This document shows, piece by piece, positions 48,984-61,942 of a DNA stretch of 64,000 nucleotides. Position numbers and translations under genes: made by a program. The notes under the pieces were generated by a model. That model was not told the origin of the DNA and ran no database searches. It worked only from the letters and a program-made list of their open reading frames with translations. Positions within the stretch are counted from its first letter, which is position 1, and each line of letters starts with the position of its first letter. The stretch is taken from contig JAUZTB010000027.1 of the NCBI GenBank assembly GCA_034780895.1, forward strand, positions 11,437,178 through 11,501,177, read 5' to 3'. Source of the DNA: Rhynchobatus australiae. Taxonomy: Eukaryota.

Positions 48984-51922
48984 CTAGTGCTGCTTGGGGG
49001 GGGGGGGGGGGGTGTTAAAACGAGAGTTGCAGGGAGGTGGGAACTAGAGTAACAGGACAGCAAGTGGAGAGGCTGTGGGGAAAGTAGATGTTAAGGCTAC
49101 AAGCAAAGATGGAAACCGAAATCTGAGTTGTGTCTATTTCAATGCAAGGATTTTTGTAGGTAAGGCAGAAGAACTTAAAGCATGGATCCAAATGTGGAAT
49201 TATGATGTTGTAGCCATTAATGAGACTTCGTTGCAGGAGGGGCAGGACTGGCAGCTCAATGTTCTGGGGTTCCGTTGTTTTAGACATCATAGAGGGGGAG
49301 GGGTAGTATTACTCATCAGGGAAAATGTCATGGCAGAGAGGACATACTGGAGGGCTCGACTACCAAGGCAATTAGGGTGGAACTGAGCAATAAAAAAAAG
49401 GACGACCATATAAGTGGGACTATATTAGAGACCTCCCAATAGTCAGCAGGATTTAGAGGAGCAAATTTGTAGAGAGATAGCAGACAGTTGCAGGATATAT
49501 AAAGTTGTGATTGTGGTAACTTTCCACATATTGACTGGGACTCCTATACTGTAAAAAGATTGGATGGGATCGAGTTTGTCAAATGTGTTCAGGAAAGTTT
49601 CCTTAATCAATATGCAGAGGTCCCAACTGGACAGAATGCGATACTGGATCTCCTCTTGGGGAATGAGACAGGGCAGGTGACAGGAGTATAGGGGAACACT
49701 CTGGATTTAGTTATCATAATTCTATTAGTTTCAAGATAATTATGGAAAAGGATAGGTTAAGATTCTAAATTGCAGGAAGGCCAATTTTGATGGCATCAGA
49801 AGAGATCTGGCAGGTGTGGATTGGGATGGGTTGTTTTCCGGCAGAGATGCTTAGTAAGTGGGAGGTCTTCAAGAGTAAAATATTGAGAGTACAGAATCTG
49901 TATGCTCCTGTTAGGATGAAAGGCAAGGCTAACAGGTTTAGGGAACCTTGGTTATCAAGGGATATTGAGGCCCTGGTAAAGAAAAAGCAGGTACAGGCAG
50001 TTAGGATCAAATGAGGTGCTTGAGTAGTATAAGAAATGCAAGAGAACACTTCAGAGAGAAATCAGGAGGGCTAAAAGAGGACATGAGGTTGCTCTGGCAG
50101 ACAAGGAGAAAGAGAATCCCAAGGGTTTCTATAGCTATATCAAGAGAAAAAGGATAGTAAGGGACAAAATTGGTCCTCTTGAAGTTCAGCATGGTCATCT
50201 ATGCATGAAAGCGAAAGAGATGGGGGAGATTTGAAATGAATTTTTTGCATCTGTATTTACTCAAAAGACAAACACAGAGTCTATGGAACTGAGGAAAAAT
50301 AGTAGTGAGGTCATGGACCACATCCAGATAACAGAAGAGGAGATGCTTGCTGTCTCGAGGTGAATTAGGGTGGATAAATCCCCAGGGCCTGATGAAGTGT
50401 CCCCTTGGACCTTGTGGGAAGCCAGTGCAGAAATAGCAGGGGCCCTTGCAGAGATATTTAGAACATCCTTAACCATGGCTGAGGTGCCAGAGGACTGGAG
50501 GATAGCTAATGTCGTTCCGTCGTTTAAGAAAGGCTCTAAGAAGAAGCTGGGAAATTATAGGTCAGTGAGCCTGACGTCAGTTGTGGGTAAATTATTGGAA
50601 GGTATTCTGAGGAACAGGACATGTAAGTATTTGGATAGACAGGGCCTGATTAGGGATAGTCAACGTAGCTTTGTGTGTGGCAGGTCATGTTTAACCAATC
50701 TTAGAGAGTTTTTTGAGGAGCTTATCGGGAACATTGATCAAGGGGAGGTGGTAGACGTTATCTACATGGACTTCAGCAAGGCCTTTGACAAGGTCCCACA
50801 TGGGAGGCTGCTCCAGAAGCTTAAGTCGCTTGCATTCAGGATGAAGTAGTCAATTGGATTCAACGTTGGCTCAACAAGAGAAGCCAGAGAGCGGTAATAG
50901 ATGGTCGTTTCTCTGATTGGAGGCCTGTGACTAGTGGTGTACCGCAGGGATCTGTGTTGGGTCCGTTGTTGTTTATCATCTATATTAATGATTTAGATGA
51001 TAACATGGTAAACTGGATCAGCAAATTTGTGGATGACACCCAAGACTGGAGGCATGGTGGACAGCGAGGAAAGCTATCAAAGCTTGCAAAGTGATCTGGA
51101 TCAGCTGGGAAAATGGGCTGAAACATAGCAGATGAAATTTAATGCAGACAAGTGTGAGGTGATGCACTTTGGGAGGACAAACCAGGCTAAAACTTGCGCA
51201 GTGAATGGTCGGGCACTGAGGTGTGCTGTAGAACAAATTGACCTGGGAATACACATCAATAATTCCCTAAAAGTAGCATCACAGGTAGATAGGGTTGTAA
51301 AGAGAGCTTCAGGCACATTGGCCTTCATAAATCAGGGCATTGAGTACAGGAGTTAGGATGTTATGTTGAAGTTGTATAAGATTTTGGTGAGGCCAAACTT
51401 AGAGTATTGTGTGCAGTCCTACCTACAGGAAAGATATCAATAAGCCTGAAAGAATGCAGAGAAAATTTACACGGATATTACCGGGACTTGAGTTATAGGA
51501 AAAGGTTGAATAGGTTAGGACTTTATTCCCTGGAGTGAGGAGAATGAGGGGAGATCTTATCGGGGTATGTACATAAAATTATGAGGAGTATTGATAGGAT
51601 GAATGCATGCAGGTTGGATGAGACTAGAGCTTGAGATCATAGGGTTAGGGTGAAAGGTGAAATGTGAAATATTTAAGGGGAATCTGAGGGGGAACTACTT
51701 CACTCAGAGGGTGGTGCGAGTGTGGAAATGGGCTGACAGAGGAAGTGGTGGATATGGGTTCTATTGTAACATGTAAGAGAAGTTTGGATAGGTGCATGGA
51801 TGACAGAGAAATAGAGGGCTATGGTCTGGGTGCAGCTAGATGGGACTAGGCAGAAAACCAGGCTGTCGTGGACTAGATGGGCCAAAGGACCTGTTTCAGT
51901 GCTGCAGTGCTCTATGACCCTG
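48984..51922 (+). mobile_element. CR1/HER1 LINE spanning almost all of ORF2 (APE endonuclease + RT), disrupted
   Basis: CVYFNAR..YDVVAINET; DKSPGPD; YRSVSLTSVVGKLLE; YMDFSKAFDKVPH; [10 protein letters not shown]; FVDDT; KFNADKCEVMHFGR; 3' tail; many stops and frameshifts. Confidence 0.97.
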
Positions 51923-51924
51923 AA

Positions 51925-53050
51925 CCTTAATTCATTTAATATCCAAAATCTATTGGTCTTTATTTTGAATCTAGTCAGCAGCTGAGTCTCCACAGCTCGA
52001 TTGGGTCGTGAATTTCTGGATGAAGATAATCTCATCTCTGTCCTGAATGGTTGGCACTTTATTTTAAGACTGTTGCCCAGTTCTCGACACCAGTCAGGGG
52101 AGCATTTTTGCAGCATCTATCTTGTCAAGCCCTGTAAAAATATTATATGTTGCAATGAGATAATCTCTAATTCTTCTAAACTCTAAATAAAAGTCTCATT
52201 CTGTTTAATCCCATCTTGATGGACAAACCTGCTATCCCAGGAATTAATCTGATGAATTTTTCTTGTACTGACTCTATGCAGGTATAGCCTTTCTTTGGTA
52301 GGGTGATCAGATCAATACTCACTATTCTAGGTGTCCCTATCAAATCCCAATAACTATATAAAGATATCTTTACTTTTGCACTCAAATCCTCTTGCAATAA
52401 TGGACAACCATGCCAGTTAATTTCCTAATTGCTTGCTGTGGTTATACTTCATAGTAATTTTCAGTGATCTGTGTACAAAGGCACCCACATTCCTAGCACC
52501 AACCTGTTCACTCTGTTACCGTTTTAAAAATATTTCATCTTTTTCTACTAAAATAGATGATTCACACTTTTTTTCTGCATTTTATTTTATCTGCTGTGTT
52601 CTCATCCATTCACTTAACCTGTAGGATCCCCTTGAAGCCTCTCTGCATCTTCATCACAGCCCGCAGTGGTAACCAGCTTTGTAGCATTACCGCTTATAGA
52701 CGCACCACACTTGTCATCTCATCCAAATGATCAGTATTGTCTGTTAACCAATCCATGTCAGTACATTACCCCCATCCTCATGTGCTCTAATTTTGTTGAA
52801 TGACTTGCTGTGTGACACTGCAGCACAAACAAATTTGTCAAATATGATTTCATGTTAAACCTCCAATACTTTCCCCAATCGTATTATTACACTCTATTTG
52901 TCCTGCTACCATTTCCTTGATAGATTTTCCTCACCACTGATGTCAGGCTATCTGCTCTGTCATTCCTGTTTTATTTTTCTCACCATCCTTTGAACTCTGT
53001 GGTTACATTTCCTATGTTTCAATCTGTGGGAAACATTCTACAATCAATGA
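51925..53050 (-). mobile_element. Older CR1 LINE
   Basis: Minus strand IESVQEKFIRLIPGIAGLS and PFRTEMR..AVETQLL..FKI. Confidence 0.85.
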
Positions 53051-53651
53051 GGACACAAAAAACTGAAGGTACTATAGTCTGGAGCAAAAAACAATCAGCA
53101 GGAAGAAATCAGTGGGTCAAGAATTCAATCAGCATCAAAGGAGGGAAAGGNNNNNNNNNNNNNNNNNNNNNNNNNNNNNNNNNNNNNNNNNNNNNNNNNN
53201 NNNNNNNNNNNNNNNNNNNNNNNNNNNNNNNNNNNNNNNNNNNNNNNNNNTTTCAACAACAACGTCATGACGTTCTTTATCTTCTGTTGACGTAAGCATG
53301 CCACACACACACACTCTATCTTAAAGGAACACTCACTAACAGTCGTAGTCCGTAACAGTAGAACTTCTTGATAAAACTTCTTACTGCCACTGGCATGGTG
53401 CTAGAAAAATACCCAAACATATCTTCAATTAAAAATGTATACTTATTTGCACTTAAATACAGAGAAAGCCTCAGATTTACAACTCATTTACAATTTTAAA
53501 AGGCAACTCCATTGTGAAATGTTTCTGAACCTTGGTGAAAATGGATCAGAGCCACACACTAACAATCCCCCTCACCTAATACTTATGTTCACACTACTTT
53601 CAAACTTCCATTATTCATCTCACCTTTTATCCTTCATAGATGTTATTCACT

Positions 53652-53861
53652 TCCTTTTTCACACAGATGGTGGTGGATATATGGAACAAGCTGCCAGAGA
53701 AAATGATGGAGGCAGGGGTACAATTACGACATTTAAAAGGCATGTACATGGATAGGGAAGGTTTAGAGGGATATGGGCCAACTGCAGGGAAATGGAACGA
53801 GCTCAGCTTGACAACTGGGGTTGAAGGGCCTGTTTCCATGCTGTATAGCTCTATGACTCTA
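53652..53861 (+). mobile_element. CR1 tail
   Basis: FFTQMVVDIWNKLPEKMMEAG..EGYGP; gggcctgtttccatgctgtatagctctatgactcta. Confidence 0.9.
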
Positions 53862-54029
53862 ACGTGCATTTAAAAACAAAAAAAAATGTACATAAAATAC
53901 AAGTCAAGATAGCAGTGCTTTGGTTTCATTATAAAAGATTTACTTTGCAAGTCGATGAGTCTAAGAGCTATATGTCCTTCTCGATTTGATGATTTACTTC
54001 TCATAATTCATAAAGTAGATTGGAGACAT

Positions 54030-54215
54030 AAGTATATGGGAACAACACCACTGCAAGTTGCTCCAGCTCACATCCCATCTTGATCTGAAAAGTCAACATG
54101 GGTGGATATAATTCCCAGAACTTGCTATCCCCAGCAAGGCTGTAGTGTTTCAAAACCACCACTTTCTGAAGGGTAAATAGCGATGGGGGATGCTCATGTT
54201 CCATAAATAGACTAA
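54030..54215 (+). mobile_element. CR1-like second family, 3' end
   Basis: atgggaacaacaccactgcaagttgctcc..caccactttctgaaggg. Confidence 0.55.
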
Positions 54216-55609
54216 AAAAAATTCTTTACTAATGCTTAAATCAAACTATTACAGGTCATACAACACTGCCCAAAATGGATTTCACAAAGCTCCCAAAAAA
54301 CATTACTGTGTACACCAAGTGCATCCACAACCAGGTTACATAATAGAACTACATGACCTTAAACATATTAACTTTTATTTTAAAAAAATACAAAAAATTA
54401 AAAAGCTCCAAAACTTGGTGTTTTCACATAATTAAACACTGACAATTTTTGCATGGCAAATGTATTTTCCAGCTTTTGGTAAAGTAATTTTACTTAAATT
54501 TATAACAAATAAAATAAAACAAATAAATAAGGATTTACTATAGTCTGATCATTTAAGCATGGAGTTTTAATGAGTTTTAACTAATTAATTCAAATGCAAC
54601 TACAAATACTACAAAACTAACCAATTTTCCAAAGGACAAGACTCCCGTTAACACTGGCTGCTGTTTGTTGGTCACATGTACATTAAGCGTGTTATACTAA
54701 TTGGGTCCATTTATAAAGGAGCTGTCAGAAGCTATGAGTACATTGTCCAATGTTCCTGGATTAGCACCTAAATAATATTAAAAATTTGATCCAGCAGAAC
54801 AAGAGCAATTAGTCTAAATTGGCAAGTTTCCAAAAAAAAATCAGGCCATAGTAGGGGATGTATGATTACTATATGTAAACAGCAATAACACAGATTTCCA
54901 AAGATGAAGAACATCACACCCATTTACATTTCTCCTCAGGATGAAAGAAACATGACCACTGGGAAATCATTAAATAAATGAAAGAAAGGTTTATCAATCA
55001 TACAGGTTAAAACATTTAACTAAACTGCCGCCAAGTTTTTGTTATATTCCATATATTCAAAAGATTCCAGGATTAATTCCAAATCAATTCCAACATCTTT
55101 TTTAGATTATTATTATACAGATCTCTGATGCACAAGATTTTCACCTTTCTTTGTGGGCTAAGGAAAATTATCTTTCTGCTACAGGATTTAGCACACGAAA
55201 AATTCTTTTAAACTCATATCTGCATGTACAACAATTAAGTGTAAAAGCCAAAAGAAACTTAAACTTCAGTAAGAAATCCCACCCACAGGATGGCTCTTAA
55301 CAAGTTTGATCAACATCCTTTTGGCAAGTCACTTTCAGTTGAATTTTAAAAAAGCATGAGGTAGCTGATAACATCAAGTGAAACCATCAGGTAGGTCATT
55401 CCCAAAGGCTGGAGAATATTCACACAGATCAAATCACCAGTGCCCACGCAAAAGGAGTTGTAACAGGTGCAAATCACAGATTCTTAGAGTGTAGTGCAAA
55501 TGAGCATCAGGGAAACTAAGCAGCTTTCTGCAGAAGCAGAAGGAAAATAAATCACCTGGAAGGCCCTAAATGTACCCAAGTCAAACAGTCAATAAACAAC
55601 ATGGCAGAA

Positions 55610-56168
55610 TGGGGCAATGTTACATTACCCAAGATCAACAATTGTGCTCATACCCAGATTAAGCCTCAAGGACAGCCCTAACATGACTCCAGGTAATCTT
55701 TGAGTTCACTGTGAAGAGACTCAAGATCCTCAGTGCCATCCCAAATGTTGTTTTGAGCAGTCATGGCCAGGAATGACATTTTTACAAAGTTTTGAGAATT
55801 GCCTTGATTCATTTCTTCTGCCCTCCTGGTAGTCTCTTGCCATGCCGAGCATGGAGTGTCAGTTTTCGGAGTTTGGCGTTGGACATGCCAATGTGGTCCG
55901 CTCATTACAGGTAACTGAATGCAAAGCTGGGGATGTGACCTGAAAGAGTATTCTGACATTAATACACTTATCCTGCCAATAGATTTGAAGGAATAAGCAG
56001 AGAGGGAATTGGCAGTCCTTCTCCAGAACACCGAGCTGCCCATAGTTGGAGGTGAAAGTCTCTGAATAGAACAGGAGGGTGGCAATCACCGCTGCCCTGT
56101 ACACATGAGCTTTGTGTCACTTTAACTGATGTTCAGACACACTTTTCTTTTGATGACACAGCCTGTCG
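55610..56168 (-). mobile_element. RTE LINE 3' portion
   Basis: YRAAVIATLLFYSETFT..LEK..FLQIYWQDKCINVRIL. Confidence 0.85.
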
Positions 56169-56174
56169 TGCAGT

Positions 56175-56660
56175 CAAATTTTACATTTGGTTGCCTCAGA
56201 AATTCATCTTCATTCCATGTTTGTTACATGGCTGCATGCAAAGCATGATTTTAACCAAGGGTCCACAACAGACCAACCTCAGTGCAGACTGTGGTCATGC
56301 AAGACCGTGTCATAGTTTCAACCTTTTTCTCAATCTTCCTCACTGCAATATTGCAGCTCTCCCCTGATAAGTTTCCTGCCAAAGTGGAGTTAATCTTCAG
56401 GACAAATAGAAAATTATTCAACCAACTTCATCTCCATTCCAGAACCAACATCAAGCAGCATTACACAGATGACACTGGAATATAGACACATCCAAAGGCC
56501 AAGCTATAAGAAATCATCGACTTGTTCAGTGAAGCTTGAGGGAATGGGCCTTTGATTAAATATCTACAAAACAAAGGCCATCCGCCAACTTACACTCACT
56601 GCACAATACTGCCACCTGACAAGATAGATCCACAACATGACCCTGGTAAACTATAAGCAT
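56175..56660 (+). mobile_element. RTE RT core, inverted relative to the adjacent piece
   Basis: FGCL; QTVVMQDRVIVSTFFSIFL (GVKQG-like); ELIFRTNRKLFN; HYTDD. Confidence 0.8.
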
Positions 56661-58543
56661 ACCATGATACGACGATAACAAAACAGAGCACCACCAGTCC
56701 CACACTGCTTTTCTCAGGTCACTTGGTTTTCACATTTACTTTTCCTTCCAAAATTATCTGTGCAAAGAAATTCTGACTTGACTTAGCTGCACAAATTTTT
56801 GTGCAAGATGATTGCACTGTGGCACATTAGGCTTCAAATCCAGCCTATATTGATAAAGTAAACCCTTTCCTATATACTGTGTCAGTGCAAGTCTAGTTTG
56901 GCACTCACAAACCGAGGAATCTTTGAACTTAAATGACATTTTACACAATACTTTAGAAAACCATCAAGGTACAGTTTCGTGCCAATGATTGCCAACAAAG
57001 AGAACAACCTCAGCTGTGCTGTAACAATGAGATACTGGATGAAGTCAGGCACTTCCATCAAAGAATGGACAAAAACAGGAGGTTGCTCACTCAATTATCC
57101 TAAGAGCAACTCTTCACACTCCCCTGACAACTGGAGAAAAAAAAAACAATACACATAGAAATTAAGAGGCAGAGCAGGAAAATAAATTAGAGAATTCTCA
57201 TCTTAGTTATGAATTTTATGATTTTCTTGCTCTACCTCTTAATATCCTATGCAGAACAGTGCACATTTTCTTCTGATATTTTCAAAATATTCAAAAGCCA
57301 AGATAACAAACGTGATCACAATCCATGTTCTATTATTTGAAAGATTGCAAAAGTAACACTGTTGTCCAAAAGGAACTTTGCAGGTTAAATAAATGGAGAT
57401 TTTCATCAAAATATTGGTCATTCAGAACTTCAAAATACCCGCCAATTACCTTAGCAGCACTGGAGTTGTGTCAAAGACCTACCTGTTCTTTCACCCTACA
57501 GGAAAACTAATATTGATATCTAAATGTTTTCATTTAATGATGTCAAACATGAACTAAAGAAGTTATAGCATTTTTTTTAATATAAAAAAAGGTCTTGGCC
57601 ATAAAGGATCAGGACTTCTTCCAAATAAAATCTCAAAGCAGTAACAAGAGTTTCAAAGTCTTTTTAGTACACAACCCTCTAACCCCTCCTGCCCAATATA
57701 AACTCTCTAACCTCCGCCCAATATAAAACTATCTAGTTTTATTTGGCACCGCATGCCAAAGAGTAACATACTGAACAAAGTTGTCAAAGAACTGCCAGAA
57801 AACACAGCCTGTACTGTTCAAAGATTATAGGATACAGAATTGAAAATGATGTCCCATTTTACAGAAATCAATGCATCTGCAGAGAGAAACAAAGCAAACA
57901 CTGCTCCACCAACAACTCCAAGAGCCAATGTATCCCACACTGAATACGTGACAAGGAAAGTTTTGAGTCCAAGTTCTACTTTGTGGAGTTACTTGATCTG
58001 AGCCAAATCACCTCTGCTCAATGTCAATTGATTTATGAGGGTCTATGGGTTTTCACACCCTACCAGAGAAATACAGGAATCCAAATGCCGGTTGAGAGCT
58101 AGATTGACCTATTCTGCGGTGTCATCAAACAGCCTCTCAACTTGGGTTCATACAATAGAGTACATCTTTCATTGCACTGCAATCACTGCCATCCAAGCAT
58201 TTTATCATGGTGGAAAGCAGCACGAGGTTGTCTCGGCTCCCTGGTTGTGAAAGTTGTTGGTGCAATTGGAGCCACTGAATGCTTATAAATTCTGGAATTC
58301 AATGGGAAATGTTAAAATTCTTTAACGTATTTTCTCCTTCTAAAAGTCAATTAACTATATTGAAGGTAAAGAAGTGCTAATGAAAAACTGCTACGTTTCT
58401 CCTGGCAGTCAATTTCTCCCTTGATTTGACTGGGGACTATTGCGCTGGCATCAATTTTTTTCCCCATGCATTCTCAGTGGGCAGATCTCCTGTAGTGATA
58501 TTTTAAAAACCTGTGGGAAAAGTGCACTTCCCCATTGTACTCC

Positions 58544-58628
58544 ACTTGGTGGTGGTAGCTGCTTCTGTATTGCTCCAGACTCCACGGAGTCCAATGGAGC
58601 AATGCAGAAGCAGCTACCACCAGCAAGT
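58544..58628. repeat. 85-nt inverted repeat (hairpin)
   Basis: 34-nt arms 58544-58577 and 58595-58628 match at 32/34; inner GACTCC-AC-GGAGTC stem. Confidence 0.95.
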
Positions 58629-58635
58629 TGGTAGC

Positions 58636-58852
58636 AGGAGTTTTCACCCAGAAGGGTGGTAGGAGTCTAATTCATTACCTGAAAGAGAGGTAGAGACAGA
58701 AACCGTCATCATGCTTTAAAAGTACTTGGATATGTGCTCTCAGGGCTAAAGACCGAATGCCAAAAGGTGGGATGAGGATGGATAGCTCTTTGTTGGTTGG
58801 CTTAGACATGACCCAGTGGGCTCTTCCTGTATAGTAAACATTCTATGATTAT
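58636..58852 (+). mobile_element. CR1 tail
   Basis: ttttcacccagaagggtggtaggagtc..ggtagagacagaaacc..tttaaaagtacttggatatg. Confidence 0.8.
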
Positions 58853-59544
58853 GGATTAATAGCAAAACACTAGATACTAGATTTGATGCAGAGGGGTCAA
58901 AATTCACAAATCAATTTCCTCTGGTCCAAAGAAAACACCCTAACCTCTCCAAGTTTCCCTCAGCTGAACTTTTCCAGTTCTGTTCACATCTATGCACCCT
59001 CTCAGGCCAATAACATCTTTCCCATAATGTGGTGACAAGAACTGTACACACTTGAAATTTGTTTTTAAGTTGCTAATAAGATGGTTTCATAAACATTTCT
59101 ATTTTAAAAATAAACTCTTTGTTCCAATTTAAAAGATCAGTTTTTCACCCCATACTTCATCACCTGGAAGCTTTCTAGCGCATCGGTTTCTCACCATCTC
59201 AGAGCCTAATACTGCAGAACACTCAAAATGTGTTCTTGTCCAGTTATTGCAGTGCTTCATCATTTCCTCTTGGCTTTAATATTCTATACCTTTGATAAAC
59301 AGAATGTTATTTTTCAGCCTTAGTAATTTGAGTTGTTTGGTGACTTTGTAACACAAATTAATTTACTCTTCCAAAGGCAAAGGTGACCTCTGCTCAGAAC
59401 ATAAATGTTTTTTCTCTTTAAATCAAAACACATTTGTTATCTTACAGCATTGAAACAGTTCTCATTGCCTATCTCCCTGGAATTCCCTCTCATGTATGCC
59501 AATAATGAAACTGCAGAAGATAATTAAAATATGTTGGAATACAT

Positions 59545-59852
59545 CCCAGGCCAAATATAGCCAAAGCTGCCTCAAGAAGGCAACATCCATTGTTAAAGAT
59601 CCCCACCTAATCACTAGAGTTTAGCAACAGTCTGACCACTTTGATCACCTTGCACTAAAACGGACCTTTTTTTTGTTCCATTGTGTTTCTTCCTGTAAAA
59701 ATGGTGTTTACTAATGTTGAGTTTATACTTTTCTCATGAATGCTGTTTATATGATGCTATGTGCCTGTGATGCTGCTGCAAGTACATTTTTCATTGCATC
59801 TGTGCATAACATGTATTTGTGCATATGACAATAAACTCTACTTTGAATTGCT
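59545..59852 (+). mobile_element. Rex1 3' fragment
   Basis: ctgcctcaagaaggcaacatccattgttaaagatcccc..gcctgtgatgctgctgcaagt..tgacaataaactc. Confidence 0.85.
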
Positions 59853-61419
59853 TGTATCTTGAACAAATCAACACAAATTCTCCAGGATCTGAGTGCTTCC
59901 ATCAGTTTGGGATGAATATGCTTTGTCAATTGTCCTGATATTTTAAATAATTCTATCCAAAAGAAAGTCCTCTAGGAAGTACTCTTCAAGAGGAAAGGGT
60001 CATTATTTATTATTAATAAGCCTGAGAAAAAGGTGATAGATAATTACTTCAAAATTAGTACTCCCAGATAAAGGGTGTCAGTATTGGGTGAGGAATCCAA
60101 AGCATAAACTGAAAGATACTGCAACCTGAAACAATGGTTAAAATTTGCTGATTTATGCTCACTTACCGGTAGGCTGCCAACGTTGAAATCCCTGATGGCA
60201 GCTTGCTCCCAGTGTAAAGAACCATTTTTAACCTTCAGTTATCTCAGAAGGGAGCTGGCAAACGAATAGCCAAATGCTGCTCAAACATTTTTTTGATTGT
60301 GTTTTAATAACATTCTAAAATTTCTTTGATAATGCTTTAGCAACAGTGGTGCGTTAGCAAGAATAGTCCTGGGAACAGGGAATGGACATCCACATTTCCT
60401 TCGCACTGGCAAAATGGATAATATTTAAAAATTAAAAGATAAATTTAACACAAAGAGAAGCAAATCATATGTAGATATTAACCAGACTAATTCAAGTACA
60501 TGCTTCAACCACAAACTTCAAGCAAGCCATTAGGTCTTTTGAATCCAATGCATGCAATCTTCTGCCTTTGCTTATTTTAATTATTTTGAAAATCACATTT
60601 GTTNNNNNNNNNNNNNNNNNNNNNNNNNNNNNNNNNNNNNNNNNNNNNNNNNNNNNNNNNNNNNNNNNNNNNNNNNNNNNNNNNNNNNNNNNNNNNNNNN
60701 NNNNNNNNNNNNNNNNNNNNNNNNNNNNNNNNNNNNNNNNNNNNNNNNNNNNNNNNNNNNNNNNNNNNNNNNNNNNNNNNNNNNNNNNNNNNNNNNNNNN
60801 NNNNNNNACACTTATGAGGGTGCACTATATACATGGTTGGCTGTACAACCCCGCCACTGAAACTGACACACAACATTTTTTTGGTTAATGAATTGCAATG
60901 AAATTTACCACTCTTCATTTAATACACAAAAAATAGCTTAAATTTTTTAAACTGTTATTAGTCAAACGCACTGTCAGAGGCAAGCTTAGCTGAAACTCCT
61001 TCAATTTTCACCATGCGACTAATGCAACTCAATTGACTCAGAAACAAATGGAAAAGGTCACCATACGTGGCCCTCACCTTATTTTTTTTTCTCCAATAAT
61101 TAGCCAAAGTGCTTAGCTGGTTCATAAAAAGGCATTATTTCTAATGAAACCCTGAATTTCTCTCTTTTCAATGCACTCCAACATGTTCCCCAGAGTAAGA
61201 ATATGTACAATATAAGCACAAGTGACTTAGGTTCAGATTTAAATCTATCAAGCAACTCGTATTCAGTTGACATCACAAATATTTTTACTATTTTTATCCA
61301 GAAAACAACAAATTTTCCAAAAAAAATCAACGTTGACTTCAATGTAGTTATACAAAAAATTTGAGTGGATTTTATATCCAACTTAACCAAGTTAAAATAC
61401 AGAGGATATGGAAAAAAAG

Positions 61420-61610
61420 ATGCACTTGCATGGCACCTTATCATATCATCACAGCCTTAGGACATAATTAAATATTTGTGAAATGTACTCACAGGTGTAA
61501 TGTAGGCAATTGCACAGCTAATTCATGCTGGTCCCACAAACAAAAATGAAAGAAAATAATAAGATCAGTTTCAGGTGGCTTCTTTGGGGAGATTTATGGC
61601 GTTAAGAAGA
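61420..61610 (-). mobile_element. SacSINE1-like 3' fragment
   Basis: tgtaatgtaggcaattgcacagctaatt..tcccacaaaca. Confidence 0.5.
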
Positions 61611-61799
61611 CAAGATTAACACAGTCCTTCAATTAATGTCCAAGAAACAGAAATGGGGCAGCACTTCATTATCCTTGCACTTGAATGTCAACAAAAACAG
61701 TCTTTATTCTGTGTGTGTTATCTGGCCTAGTGGGCAGATGACACACCCTCACCATTTACCGTACATTATCCAGGCCAAGAAGCTTAATGTGTTGGGAAT

Positions 61800-61940
61800 T
61801 GCCCCCATTAATCCACTTGGACTCATCCTATCAGAAATATTCCCTTAGGTTTACCCATCCCTTCCTCTCTTTCCCTTCTACTGAAAACTAACTTGTATTT
61901 CTCTGCTTCCCTGTTCTGACGAAGAGTCCCAAACAGAAGG
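61800..61940 (+). mobile_element. Penelope terminal segment, inverted relative to the body
   Basis: atcctatcagaaatattccc..ccctgttCTGACGAAGAGTC (first half of a hammerhead core). Confidence 0.6.
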
Positions 61941-61942
61941 TT

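Noticed and set aside
48984-51922. Active or domesticated reverse transcriptase gene
   Set aside because: Multiple stops, frameshifts and deletions; dead CR1 copy.
57677-57734. ~27-bp tandem duplication (similar 20-bp one at 27885-27924)
   Set aside because: Ordinary slippage duplication; two units without spacers, not a CRISPR or other array.
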